A stretch of 64,000 bases of DNA from Octopus vulgaris (taxonomy: Eukaryota). The position numbers and the translations under genes were made by a program. The stretch spans positions 22,754,001 through 22,818,000 of the forward strand of contig OX597824.1 in assembly GCA_951406725.2 (NCBI GenBank), given 5' to 3'. Below the pieces are notes generated by a model. That model did no database searches, was not told the DNA's origin, and saw nothing but the letters and a program-made list of their open reading frames with translations. This document shows, in pieces, positions 28,705-41,449 of this stretch. The first letter of the stretch is position 1; each line of letters opens with the position of its first letter.

Positions 28705-29115
28705 TGCTTAATGTCCGCTTTCCATGCTAGCATGGGTTGGACGATTTTGACTGAGGACTGGCAAACCAGATGGCCGCACCAGGCTCCAGTCTTGATCTGG
28801 CAGAGTTTCTACAACTGGATGCCCTTCCTAACGCCAATCACTCCGAGAGTGTAGTGGGTGCTTTTTACATGCCACTGGCACGGGGCCAGTCAGGCAGTAA
28901 TGGCAATGACCTTGCTCGAATCTTTTTACACATGCCACCGGCACAGGTGCCAGTAAAGCGACGCTGGTAACGATCACGCTCGAACGGTGCCTTTTACGTG
29001 CCACCGGTATGGAAACCAGTTAGCTGCTCTGGCAACGATCATGCTCGGATGGTGCTCTTAGCACCTTACTAGCACGGGTACAAGTGCCAGTAAGGCGACA
29101 CTGGTAATGATCACA
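28663..29115 (-). mobile_element. RTE 3' UTR copy (second subfamily, cgagcgtgatcg modules)
   Basis: Colinear with 58162-58617. Confidence 0.85.
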
Positions 29116-29502
29116 TCATTTACATTTTCTCATAAATTATGCAAATTAGCAAAACTTATGGCATCATCGGTGAGCAGCTCTCCATTTACTTTATACACTA
29201 AATTTCACCTTAGTCACCCCTATTAAACCGTTTAGAACAGGTGGATTTTCCTATAACGCACATTTTCCATTGAAAACAACCAGAATATTTTCGTGACTAG
29301 GTGGACACTAGTTTGATAGTTGAGCCCTGATTGACTGTATGCAAATGAGTTCATAACTGGGGCTTGGAACTCTGGTGGGAAAAAAATTTTGCCTCTAGTA
29401 CCACCACAACTACAAACACAACCATCACAACAACCACAACCACCACCACAGCCACAACCACCACCACCACCATGATCAGTTCAACAACACTACTATCACA
29501 TC

Positions 29503-29809
29503 TATTGTTTGTTCCTTCTCGAGCCACACCTGGCTCATAAGGGTCGGTTTCCCGGTTTCTTGGTGTATAGGTTCCCCACCTGGACGGGACGCCGGTCTGT
29601 TGCAGGTAAGCTGCAAGAAGCAGGAGGAAAGATTGAGAGAAAGTTGTGGCGAAAGAGTCAGCAGAAGTTTGCCATTACCTACTGCCGGAGCCATGTGGAG
29701 CTTAGGTGTTTCGCTCATAAACACACACACATCGCCCAGTCTGAGATTTGAACCAGCGGTCCCTTGACCGCGAGTCCGCTGCTCTAACCACTAGGCCATG
29801 TGCCTCCAC
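29503..29809 (-). mobile_element. SINE family C with L2-like tail
   Basis: A/B boxes and (AACA) tail. Confidence 0.88.
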
Positions 29810-30443
29810 ACCACATCCATTACAACAGTTATAATGATGACTGCTGCCACAATGGCCACTACAATGGTAACCACCACCACCACCACCATCACAACCAGCA
29901 CCTCCGCCATTGCCGCTGCTACCACCACTGCTACCGCTACCGCTGCCATTGCCATCACCACCACCACCACCACCACCACCACCACTACCACTGCCATCGC
30001 CATCACCACCACCACCACCATGGCCACCACTAACTCAACATACCAACATTAGTCCATTAGTTGTAAATCAATCTCAGTCGTATTATTCCTTTTGTAGAAA
30101 ACTAATGTCAATGAAATATTCAGTTCATATTCGCTTCTCATTCTTCCTCCCACTCTCTCCCTTCCCACCTCCCGCTCTCCGCCATTCAGTCTGTCTGTCT
30201 GTTTGTCTATCTTAAGAGAAATATTGAAACAAACAATTTACCATTCCTCAAATGTAACAATTGTCATGTATACATGTGTGTGTGTGGATATTACAAGTGT
30301 GGCTATGTGGTTAAGGACCTTGCTTCTCAACCATGTGGTTCAGGGTTCAGTCTCACTGTGTGGCACCTTATGCAATTATCTTCTATTAGAGCCTCGGGCC
30401 ATCTAAAGCCTTGTGAGTGGATTTGATAGACAGAAACTGAAAG

Positions 30444-31041
30444 GTGACGAGCTGGCAGTAATGTTAGCATGCCGGTCGAAATGCTTAGCGGTATGTTGTC
30501 TGCCGTTACGTTCTGAGTTCAAATTCCACCGAAGTTGACTTTGCCTTTCATCCTTTCAGGGTTGATAAATTAAGTACCAGTTATGCACTGGGGCCGATGT
30601 AATCAACTTAATCCCTTTGTCTGTCCTTGTTTGTTCCCTCTGTGTTTAGCCCCTTGTGGGTAGTAAAGAAATAGGTATTTCATGTGCCGTTAAGTTCTGA
30701 GTCCAAATTTCGCCGAGGTCAACTTTGCCTTTCATCTTTTTGAGGTTGATTAAATAAGTACCAGTTACGCACTGGGGCCTATGTAATCAACTTAGTCCCT
30801 TTGTCTGTCCTTGTTTGTTCCCTCTGTGTTTAGCCCCTTGTGGGTAGTAAAGAAATAGGTATTTCATCTGCCACTACGTTCTGAGTCCAAATTCCACTGA
30901 GGTCAACGTTGCCTTTCATTCTTTTGTGGTCGATAAATTAAGTACCAGTTATGCACTGGGGTCGATGTAATCGACTTAATCTCTGTGTCTGTCCTTGTTT
31001 GTCCCCACTATGTTTAGCCCCTTGTGGGCAGTAAAGAAATA
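30444..31041 (+). mobile_element. SINE family B trimer inserted in a family A SINE
   Basis: TSD agaaactgaaag at 30432-30443 and 31042-31053; units start 30490, 30674, 30858 (184-bp period). Confidence 0.92.
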
Positions 31042-31077
31042 AGAAACTGAAAGAAGCCCATCGTATATATGTATGTA

Positions 31078-31420
31078 TACATAGCCTGATCAATAAGTAT
31101 CATGACTATTGTTATAGTAACGAGGCTAAAGCATATGAAGTGAAGCTACTTAGCACAGATTGACCTTAAACTCTGCTGTATATTCACACTAAGTTTCAAT
31201 GCTCTAGCTTACTTCTGCTGTTTACAGAAGTGCTTGGAAGGAAGGTGTGTAGCATGTAATCATTGGATTGACCATGACACAGAAAGTTGTGCAGAGAATC
31301 TGCATCAAATTTTGCCAAAAGCTTGGTCATGCCTGCTCAGAGGCCTATGCAAAGTTTTCAAAAAGTTTTCATTGTTTTCCGTACAATCAAGGAGATTTTG
31401 TGCAACTGAAACCAAAGTTT
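31078..31420 (+). pseudogene. Mariner left end and N-terminus remnant
   Basis: gcctgatcaataagtatc TIR-like; MTQKVVQRICIKFCQKLGHACSEAYAK. Confidence 0.7.
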
Positions 31421-31858
31421 CTTCTTCTTCTTCTTCTTCTTCTTCTTCTTCTTCTTCTTCCAATCAGGACTCACGCCATTAGCCACAAAGAATAATCTCT
31501 AATTCGAGCCTTCTCTAAGATACTAAGAATGTGTGTGGTGACTTGAAGATCCACCCACCACACGCGATAGACTGGCAATTGCATGGGTGCGAAAGCTACA
31601 TTGTTATCCTCATTCTGTAATAGGTGGCTTTTAAAGGGTGGAGAGCTGAACCATCCTGGGGTACAGAGGATTCGCAATCTAGACTAGGGTCTGAAAGTTT
31701 ACCACACCATAGTGGGTTACACCATGGTTCCTCTGATTTGTGGCAGAAGTAGGAAGAAAGAGTGAGAGAAAGTTGTGGTGAAAGAGTACAGCGGGGTTCG
31801 TTCCCCACCCCTCGCTGGAGCCTCGTGGAGCTTAGGTGTTTTTTGCTCAATAAACACT

Positions 31859-32187
31859 CACATCATCATCATCATCATTGTTCGACCGTGGTCGAGACAA
31901 TAGAATTTACCATGCTATGCCAGACTTCACGGTCCATCATGGCATTATGGAGGTCCTGTTGCTGGATGCCTGTATCCCTGGAGATTACATCAGGGTAGGA
32001 GAGTGTGCGCCCTCTGGTATTGCAAGTAGATGGCTTCCAGAGGAGAAGAGTAGAAATTACCTCTTTTTCAGCTCTACAACAATGTCCAGCAAACTGGACT
32101 CTCCCACCTTTCACAAGAGATGACACAGGTGGTAGTTTCCCATATATTTGCATTTTGGTTGGATGGCGCTTCCACGAGAGATTTTGA
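31859..32187 (-). mobile_element. RTE LINE 3' end inserted in a family C SINE (31741-32275)
   Basis: NLSWKRHPTK..IYGKLPPVS..VQFAGHCCR..LLLWKP..AMMDREVW* followed by (TGA)n. Confidence 0.85.
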
Positions 32188-32837
32188 GCTCTCATAATGC
32201 CCGGTCTGGGAATCGAAACTGCGTTCTTATGACTGCGAGTCCACTGCCCTGACCACTGGGCTATTGTGCCTCCACTGTGGATGTTATTGTATCTTGATGA
32301 CCAGTGCAACTTCACTATCATTCTCTAACTTTTCTCCTATCTCTAATAGACAGGAAAATAATGTACTAATCAATTCCTTTCATCTGTTGGTTCCCATGAT
32401 ATAGCAAAGACATTCATAAATAACTTCTTTGTTTTACCGAGACTTATTTCCATTGAGAACTCACTTGTTTCTTCCCTTGATTTCTTTAAGACTTAATCTG
32501 TTACTGACTTTAAGGAAAAAAACAAAAAGCTGGTTTCTTCAGATCTCATCAGGTTTTTTTGTTTGTCAATCAATCAATCACAATGTTTCCCTGCCAGATA
32601 CAATTTTTTTCTTCCTACTTCTTTTAGTCATTTGACTGTGTCCATACTGGGGCACCACCTTGAAGGGTCTTTAGTTAAACAAATCAACCTCCCAGGAGTT
32701 TTTTTTTTAAAAGCCTGGTACTTATTCATTTCATCAGTCTCTTTTGCTGAGCTGCTAAGTTACGTGAATATCAACACACCAACATAGGTTGTCAGACAGC
32801 GGTGGGGGACAAACACACACACACACACACACACATT

Positions 32838-33113
32838 CTTTTACTCTTTTACTTGTTTCAGTCATTTGACTGTGGCCATGCTGGAGCACCGCCTTTAGTT
32901 GAGCAAATCAACCCCAGGACTTATTCTTTGTAATCCTAGTACTTATTCTATCGATGCTGGTGTGTTTACATCCCCGTATCTTAGCGGTTCAGCAAAAAGA
33001 GACAGATAGAAAAAGTACTAGGCTTACAAAGAATAAGTCCTGGGGTCGATTTGCTCAACTAAAGGCTGTGCTCCAGCATGGCCACAGTCAAATGACTGAA
33101 ACAAGTAAAGAGT
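32838..33113. repeat. Head-to-head pair of SINE A 3' ends (foldback)
   Basis: 32843-32953 is the reverse complement of 33006-33113. Confidence 0.85.
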
Positions 33114-33339
33114 ATTATTTGTTTTCGCCTGGTAAGTATTTTTTAATGTTTTTTTTTTATTAGATGATGTATAATTTTCTTTTGTATATCTTCATTTATC
33201 TGTTATGTACACTTTGTAATTAAATATTCAATATACGTCCTCTTTTTCTTTTGATGAAACTATATTGTTAGGCTACGTTATTGTACTGGGAAGATAAACA
33301 AATTGAGTTTTAATAATGAAAAAATATCGTTTAATTGAT

Positions 33340-33850
33340 ATATACATATATACATATATGCATACATTCATGCACACACACACACATATACGCAAGTATG
33401 TACATATGTGCACATATATATATATATTTCTATACACATATATATATATGTATGTATAGGTAGATAGATAAATAGACTACAGTATGTATACATTCATATA
33501 CTTATACATAAGCACACACACATATATGTATAAATACATACATACAGATATTCATATACACACACACAGATACAAACACACATACAAATAAACATACATG
33601 CTTACATACATTCAAACATATGTACATACATGCATACATACATACATAGGTACATACATACATACATTCATACATACATACATAGGTACATACATGCATA
33701 CATACATACATAGGTACATACATACATACATACATACATAACTAGGTACATACATACATATATACATACATACATACATACATACATGCATGCATACATA
33801 CATACATACATACATACATGCAAACATACATACATACATGCATGTGTACA
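33340..33850. repeat. (TACA)n compound microsatellite
   Basis: Direct read. Confidence 0.92.
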
Positions 33851-34412
33851 TAAGTGCCTCTATGCATAGCTTCATTATTAAATTTAAGTATATATACATC
33901 CGTTACATTTATGGTTAGCTGGATCATTAAATTCTATTGATATTTCATGATGAAAAAACATCCTCCTAATTCCATTTAAATGTAAAACAAACATCGAATT
34001 CTATTATCTATTTCGGCTTTAAATTCTGGCTGAAATACATAATTATCTTCATTATTATCAATACATTAATTTCACCATTATTATAAGAATTGTTAGCATG
34101 CCGGACAAAATTCTTAGTGGCATTGCATCCGTTGTTTACATTCTAAATTCAAATTTCTCTGAGGTCACCTTTACCTTCCATCCTCTCAGTATCAATAAAA
34201 TAATCACCAGGGAAGTTCTGGGTTCGATGTAATCATCAGCACCCCACTCAATTATTATTGTTTTTTTTTTCTACTCTAGGCACAAAGCCCTAAATTTTAG
34301 GGGAGGGCAGCCAGTTGTTTAGATCAACCCCAGTACACAACTGGTATTTAATTTATTGACCCCCCCCCCCGCGAAAAGGATGAAAGGCATAGTTGACCTC
34401 GGCGGTCAGTTA

Positions 34413-35421
34413 CACTGGTCTACAAGGTTTTTGGTGTTTAGGAAATAGACATCGTTGCTATACAAAATCGGTCTCCTGAATCCAAATATAACCTTCTTTT
34501 TGACCTATCAGATCTAGTTTATAAGTTTTTGAGCCCTATAATCACGTGGACGACTGCTATTTTTGTAGCCTAAATTTGAAGGGTATTAACCAGAAAAATC
34601 AACAAACACTTGTCTATCCCAATCTTGCCTCTGCTATTAGACTGGTTCCACACTCGTGAAAAGCTTCCTGTTCCTGTTTTCAATGTCTTGCCACAGATAA
34701 CTTCACCCTCAACCAAAGAAGGTTCATCACTTGAAGATGACAATAGAGATCAAGACTTTTCAGTTGAGACTTTACCTCAAGCATTCTCCCAGGTAGAAGT
34801 GAATGATCTTGTTCATGACTTGAACCTCCAAAAAATTGTGCAGAACTGTTGGTTTCCCAACTGAAAGAGAAGAATCTTCTAGAGAATGGTGTCTGTAAAA
34901 TTTTTATCGGAGTCGGTATGAAGAGTTTCTTTCATTTTTCACAAAAGAGGAAGAGCTGGTTTACTGCAGAGATGTCAGTGGATTTCTTCATAAACTTGGC
35001 ATTGAGGAATACAAACCAGAGGAATGGCATCTTTTCATAGACAGCTCTAAGCGTAGTTTAAAATGTCTATTGTTGCACAATGGAAATGTGGATGGCTCTG
35101 TCCCACTCGGCCATTCAAGAACTCTGAAGGAAAAATATGAAGAAATTAAGTTGGATTTAGAGAAGATACTCTATTATGACCATAAATGGGTCATCTGTGT
35201 TGACTCAAAGATGGTGAATTTTCTCATGGGACAGCTATCTGGTTTTACCAAATACCCATGCTTCCTTTTCATGTGGGGTAGTAGAGACTGAGTACACCAC
35301 TACACTAAGAAAGGTTGGCTGCCTTGAACAAATATGGCTCCATGTAGAGCTACCAATATATTGGAAGAACCTTTAGTTGAGCGAGATAAGATCAATTACT
35401 CCACCCTCTGCACATCAAACT
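34413..35421 (+). pseudogene. Chapaev3-like (CMC) DNA transposon left end plus transposase pseudogene
   Basis: TTA-CACTG start; HVDDCYFC, FSQVEVNDLVHDLNL, EWHLFIDSSKRSLK, LLHNGN, WVICVD.KMVNFLMGQLSGFTKYPCFLFMW.SR; family name from recalled motifs. Confidence 0.75.
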
Positions 35422-35489
35422 CATCATCATCATCACCATCATAATTATTATTATCATTATTATTATTATTATTATTATTGTTATTGTTA

Positions 35490-35541
<52 letters not shown>

Positions 35542-36382
35542 GCCAGCAAGCTGGCAGAATCATTAGCATTTGCTCCATTTTTGCGTTCTCAGTTCAAAAT
35601 CTGCCAACGTTGACTTTGCCTTTCATCCTTTCAGGGTCAATTAAATAAGTACCTGTTACGCACTGGGGTCAATGTAATCAACTTAATCCCTTTCCTAAAT
35701 TTGAAGCCTTGCGCTTCCAGTAGAAAGATGACCATCATCATCATCATCATCATCATCATTATTATTATTTTTATTATTATTATATTTTCGGTTTCTTCTG
35801 TCCAAATATCAAATCATGGGTACAGTTGAATGATTTCGTAATAAGCCTTGTCGGGTGATTTGTCAAAGTTTGTTTTGCATTAAATGCTTTTAAATATTTT
35901 CTCTCTAGAACTCTAAGGGGTTTACTACATGTATTTAATAAACTAATTTCTCTAGAACTTTTATTTAGTTACTTTTTTTTTACACATCAGAAAAAATACA
36001 TAATAAAAAATGCATAAAAAATACTTTGGCTATTTCCCAAATGAAGAGAAAGCGTGAGTTCTAGAATAATAAAATGCACATGAATGATAAGTGTTTCATT
36101 TATTTCAAATGAAAATCTGTTAATGAAATTTTGTGGAATGATGCCAGGACCAAAAGGTGATTTAGAAGTTAAAAATTATTATCTGACCACTAATTAGTTC
36201 AGGTTCAAAAGAACGGCGTTTCAGTTTTAGTAGCATAATATTTAATACTTAGTGGTTTTTAGTTAAAATTTAGATATAGTGTAATGTAATTACAATTCAA
36301 ATAAAAATATTTTGCACCAAATGACTGAGAAAGGAAAAACTTCTGATTGAATTAATATTTGCTTTATAATTAACAGAATCTA

Positions 36383-37478
36383 TGAGATGGTGCTGAAAAG
36401 TTCCTTGGGTGCTGAAAAGTTCCTAGGATGCTGAAGAGTTCCTCGGGTGCTGAAAAGTTCCTAGGGTGCTGAAAAGTTCCTAGGGTGCTGAAAAGTTCCA
36501 AGGGTGCTGAAAAATTCCTAGGGTGCTGAAAAGTTCCTAGGGTGCTGAAAAGTTCCTAGGGTGCTGAAAAGTTCCTAGGGTGCTGAAAAGTTCCTAGGAT
36601 GCTGAAAAGTTCCTAGGGTGCTGAAAAGTTCCTAGGATGCTGAAAAGTTCCTAGGGTGCTGAAAAGTTCCTAGGGTGCTGAAAAGTTCCTAGGGTGCTGA
36701 AAAGTTCCTAGGATGCTGAAAAGTTCCTAGGATGCTGAAAAGTTCCTAGGATGCTGAAAAGTTCCTAGGGTGCTGAAAAGTTCCTAGGGTGCTGAAAAGT
36801 TCCTAGGGTGCTGAAAAGTTCCTAGAGTATTTAAAAGTTCCTAGGATGCTGAAAAGTTCCTAGGATGCTGAAAAGTTCCTAGGATGCTGAAAAGTTCCTA
36901 GGGTGCTGAAAAGTTCCTAGGGTATTTAAAAGTTCCTAGGGTGCTGAAAAGTTCCTAGGATGCTGAAAAGTTCCTAGGATGCTGAAAAGTTCCTAGGATG
37001 CTGAAAAGTTCCTAGGATGCTGAAAAGTTCCTAGGGTGCTGAAAAGTTCCTAGGGTGCTGAAAAGTTCCTAGGGTATTTAAAAGTTCCTAGGGTGCTGAA
37101 AAGTTCCTAGGATGCTGAAAAGTTCCTAGGATGCTGAAAAGTTCCTAGGGTGCTGAAAAGTTCCTAGGGTCCTTAAAAGTTCCTAGGATGCTGAAAAGTT
37201 CCTAGGATGCTGAAAAGTTCCTAGGGTGCTGAAAAGTTCCTAGGGTGCTTAAAAGTTCCTAGGATGCTGAAAAGTTCCTAGGGTGCTGAAAAGTTCCTTT
37301 GTGAAAGGCATGGTTGGAGGCCCAACCTTCCGAGTTCTTTTACAGGGTTTAGAAAAACTGAAGGACTGCTGCAATAAGTGTGTGAATCTGAGAGAGGAAT
37401 CTGTAGAATAAAATCGTAATTAATCGATCCTCCTGTATTTTCTTTTACACAAAGTTAGGTCCCCTACAGCAATCCTCA
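36383..37478 (+). mobile_element. Mariner-derived MITE with its left TIR expanded to a satellite
   Basis: TA-tgagatggtgctg ... cagcaatcctca-TA; internal VKAWLEAQPSEFF..LEKLKDCCNKCVNLREESVE*. Confidence 0.85.
36388..37298. repeat. 19-bp minisatellite (AGGRTGCTGAAAAGTTCCT) x ~48
   Basis: Direct read; copy number estimated from span. Confidence 0.97.
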
Positions 37479-37771
37479 TAATATAGCAAATACAAGAACC
37501 AGCCCTTATTGTGGTGTGGTGCCCCTTTGGCCTCAATGAACCTGAAAGTTATGTCAGTGGAGCACAAACTCTAGGTAAGGCCTCCCATACTGGACTCATT
37601 AAAGGAAAGAGGCCAGATGAATATCGTAGCAAACTGGTGACCACCACATGGGCTTCCAGTAGTACCAGTTACGCACTGGGGTCGATGTAATCAACTTAAT
37701 CCCCTTTCCCAAATTTGAAGCCTTGTGCTTCCAGTAGAAAGGATTATTTTTATTTTTATTATCATTATCAC

Positions 37772-37847
<76 letters not shown>

Positions 37848-37848
<1 letters not shown>

Positions 37849-38645
37849 TATGTTTGACTTTTGCTTTATATTTGTACAAGTTGGCTCCAAGTCTCACCCA
37901 GAGACCTCAAGAGACAACAGGGTTGGAAGTTCATGTTGTTGTTATGCCTAGTGTGCCATATATTTGGGGGGTGGGGATGTTGTACTAATGAATGTCTAAA
38001 AAAAAAGGGGTTTTTTTTTGTTTTTTTTTTAAACCGAAAATTATGTTTGTTTTAAACCTTGAGATTACATAGAGAGTATTTTGCGTAGGATATGAGCAGT
38101 TCCCATGAGCACTATCTTTTGAACTTCTGCCATTTTTGGGTTTCCTGGTATCTGAGTTAGGTAGCTATCAGCCCCTTTTGCTATCATTCCCAGGGCACCT
38201 ATGACAACAGGTATTGTTTTAGTCTTCAGCTTCCACATTTTGCTGATTTCTATTTCAAGATCTTTATATTTGCTCAGTTTTTGGTAGGTCTTGACAGATA
38301 CGTTTATATCGATTGGGACAGTCATATCAATGAGGAGGCATGTTCTTTGTTTGAAGTCTTTCAATATGATGTCTGGCCTATTTGCATCTATCTTCCTGTC
38401 AGTTTGAATGGTGAAGTTCCAGAGGAGTGAGATGTGGTCATTTTCAAGCACTGGGGGTGGTTTGTGTTCCCACCAGTTTTTTTCATGGGGCAAATCCAGG
38501 TTTTTACAGATTACCCAGTGAATATATTGTGCAGCTCTATCGTGCCTGTTGAGATACTCTGTAGGCGCTAGAAGACTGCACTTGGAGACCACATGGTCAA
38601 TGGTTTCATTTTGTTGCTTGCATACACGACACGTTGGACTGCTTC

Positions 38646-38646
<1 letters not shown>
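37848..38646 (-). mobile_element. 5'-truncated Dong/R4-clade retrotransposon inside (TAA)n
   Basis: CCHC knuckle, restriction-like endonuclease, 3' UTR, (TAA)n on both sides. Confidence 0.9.
38065..38644 (-). CDS. R4/Dong C-terminus: CCHC zinc knuckle plus PD-D restriction-like endonuclease (partial)
   Basis: CRVCKQQNETIDHVVSKC, YLNRHD, NRPDII, LIDMTVP, KLSKYKDL, PVVIGALG. Confidence 0.9.
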
Positions 38647-38696
<50 letters not shown>

Positions 38697-38699
38697 CAC

Positions 38700-38748
<49 letters not shown>

Positions 38749-38749
38749 T

Positions 38750-38845
38750 ATTTTTTTTCTTCTTTCAAATTTGCTTCCATTTCTTGCCGAGTGTCTTCCC
38801 GACTCCTAGGGCAAAGAAACTCATAGTATACATTGGTAGGCCTAT
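38750..38845 (-). mobile_element. Second short Dong-like 3' end in (TAA)n
   Basis: ~95-bp unique insert with stem ccga/tcgg between (TAT)n arrays; family is inference. Confidence 0.5.
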
Positions 38846-38869
38846 TATTATTATTATTATCATTATCAC

Positions 38870-38940
<71 letters not shown>

Positions 38941-39205
38941 TTTTGTTATAGTATGGATGTTCGAGTACCTCAATAACCCTGAAAGCAATGCAGGTATAGT
39001 ATAAGCTCCTGCCTGGTAGGTCTTCCTATGCTGGACAGGTCAAAGGATAGAAATCAGACTAATATTAACCAATTCTTCCCAGAGGTAAAGATGGGGTTGC
39101 TCGGAGCCAGCACCTCTACTTAGCAAGGAACAAAGGTACAGAAACATAAATAGAACCAATCCTATGACTGGCACCCGGCAGATGTCAGGACCCCTGGACT
39201 GGAGA

Positions 39206-39590
39206 TATGTAAGAAGCACTATCCGAATCGTGGCCGATGCCAGCGCCGCCTCGACTGGCTTCCGTGTCGGTGGCATGTAAAAAGCACCATCCGAATCGTG
39301 GCCGAAGCCAGTACCGCCTCGACTGGCTTCCGTGCCGGTGGCACGTAAAATGCACCAATCCGACCATGGCCGATGCCAGCCTCGCCTGGCACCAGTGCAG
39401 GTGGCATGTAAAAAGCACCCACTACACTCACGGAGTGGTTGGTGTTAGGAAGGGCATCCAGCTGTAGAAACATTGCCAGATAAGACCGGAGCCTGGTGCA
39501 GCCTTCTGGCTTCCCAGATCCCCGGTCGAACCGTCCAACCCATGCTAGCATGGAGAATGGACGTTAAACGATGATGATGATGATGATGAA
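39206..39590 (+). mobile_element. RTE 3' UTR copy with tandem modules
   Basis: Three complete gtgccggtggcacgtaaaaagcacc-type modules plus one partial; (GAT)n tail. Confidence 0.9.
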
Positions 39591-39713
39591 AGTCTGGGAG
39601 AGGAAAGACAGTCCAGAGAAACCAGAGAAATATACGCATTTAACCTAATGTGGAACCCACAAGAGTGATGATGGAAGAGAGGATGTTCTGAAAAAAAAGT
39701 TGGAGGTAGGATT

Positions 39714-39964
39714 GATTGTTCCTTCTTGAGCCATGCCTGGCTCATAAGGGCCGGTTTCCCTGTTTCTTGGCATATAGGTTCCCCACCTGGATGGGACGTC
39801 GGTCCATCGCAGGTCAGCAGAAATTTCGCCATTACCTTCTGCCGGAGACGCGTGGAGCTTAGGTGTTTCGTTCATAAACACACACATCGTCCGGTCTGAG
39901 ATTTGAACCCGCAATCCCTCGACCGTGAGTCCACTGCTCTAACCACTAGGCCATGTGCCTCCAC
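39714..39964 (-). mobile_element. SINE family C with 12-bp TSD
   Basis: TSD ggaggtaggatt at 39702-39713 and 39965-39976. Confidence 0.9.
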
Positions 39965-41006
39965 GGAGGTAGGATTCAGAGGCAGAGAGGAAAAAAATAG
40001 GGATCCAATTGGAGACAAGTGGAAAAGACAGCTCAGAGTTAAACACAGTGGGGGAAAACTCATTGATGGCCCACACTCACTAGGGAACAAAGCGCTTGAG
40101 TAAGTGTTTGACCATTTTAGGTTCAAAAGAAGACAATTTAGTTTTTATTGCACAATTTTTAATATAGAAATATAGAGACACTTTTACTACTTAAATTGAA
40201 AGATAATGTAATTAAAAATGCAATAAAAATATTTTACACCAAATGACCTATGAAAACTTTTCTCTGATTAATTACTGTTTTATAATTAATAAAAACTAAT
40301 ATGACAAACACAATGTCTAGTGTGTCTCAATAACCCTGAGAGATATGTCAGCAGAGTGCAAGCTTCTAGTAGGGTCTACCATGCTGGACTGATCAAAGGG
40401 TAGAAGCCAGATAAATATAGACAATCTCTTTCTAGAGGTAAAAATGGGTTTGCGTAAGTCCAAAACCTCTGTACAGAAGCATTAGTGATAATTCAAAACC
40501 AACAAAACCTGGGAGAGAAAGGCCTTCCTCCAGAGAAACATGAGAATCCACAAGGGGGCTGGAACAGATGATGCCCTAAAAATAGTGGCAGGGTACTGAA
40601 GCAGAGTGGAAAAAACAGGGATCCAACTAGAGAAAAGCGGAAAAGATAGCCCAAAGTCATTGATGACCTATGTTCCATGGTGAGTAATTAATTAGTTCAA
40701 GTACAAAAGAATGGCAATTCAATTTTTATGACACCACTTTTAATATTGAAATTTCTAACGTTTTTTAACACTTAAATTGAGATATAGTGCAATGTAATAA
40801 GAATCGGAAAAAAAAAAAAAAAATTGTCCCAAATGACCAGAAAAATAGAAGTTTCTGTCTGAATAATTATTGGTTTATAATTAATAGATTCTAATAATGA
40901 GAACTGTTCTTCTTTGTCTGCATCAGCCAATCTATCTACTCTCAAAATATGATTATTTCCAGCCAAACAGTTGTAAACTCCTTTGCAAATGCTGTTGTTG
41001 TTATTA

Positions 41007-41038
<32 letters not shown>

Positions 41039-41449
41039 GTTATTATTAAGTGGACAAAATGCTTAGCGGTATTTCAACCATCACTATCTTCTGAGTTCAA
41101 ATTCTGCTACGGTCGACTTTGCCTTTCATCCTTTCAGGGTGAATGAAATGAGCACCAGTTATGCACTGGGGTCAATGTAATCGACTATTCCTCTCCCACC
41201 AAATTTCCAGACCTTATGCCTTTAGTAGAAAGGATTATTATTATTAATAATAAAGCGGTAAGCTGGCAGAATTGTAAGCATGCCGGGCAAAATGTTTAGC
41301 AATATTTTGTCCATCTTTACATTCTGAGTTCAAAATCTGTCAAGGTCAACTTTGCCTTTCATCCTTTTGTGGTCAATAAAATAAGTACCAGTCGAGTACT
41401 AGGGTCCATGCAATCAACTCATTCCCTTCCCTGAACTTACAACTTTAAG

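Larger units (their letters stand above)
38960..40900 (+). repeat. Old tandem duplication of an RTE-derived bipartite unit plus AT-rich spacer
   Basis: Blocks ctcaataaccctga..gctggac..tcaaagg at 38968 and 40325 (also 37530); WNPQ-type ORF end at 39595-40090 and 40510-40685; spacer at 36200, 40120, 40700. Confidence 0.7.

Noticed and set aside
28250-29390. Non-repetitive-looking block split by an RTE insert
   Set aside because: Could be an old DNA element, but no ends, ORF or second copy visible
36388-37298. CRISPR-like appearance
   Set aside because: Contiguous 19-bp units with no spacers; eukaryotic context; no cas genes
39206-39420. Repeat-spacer pattern as a CRISPR array
   Set aside because: The spacers are homologous to each other and belong to an RTE 3' UTR
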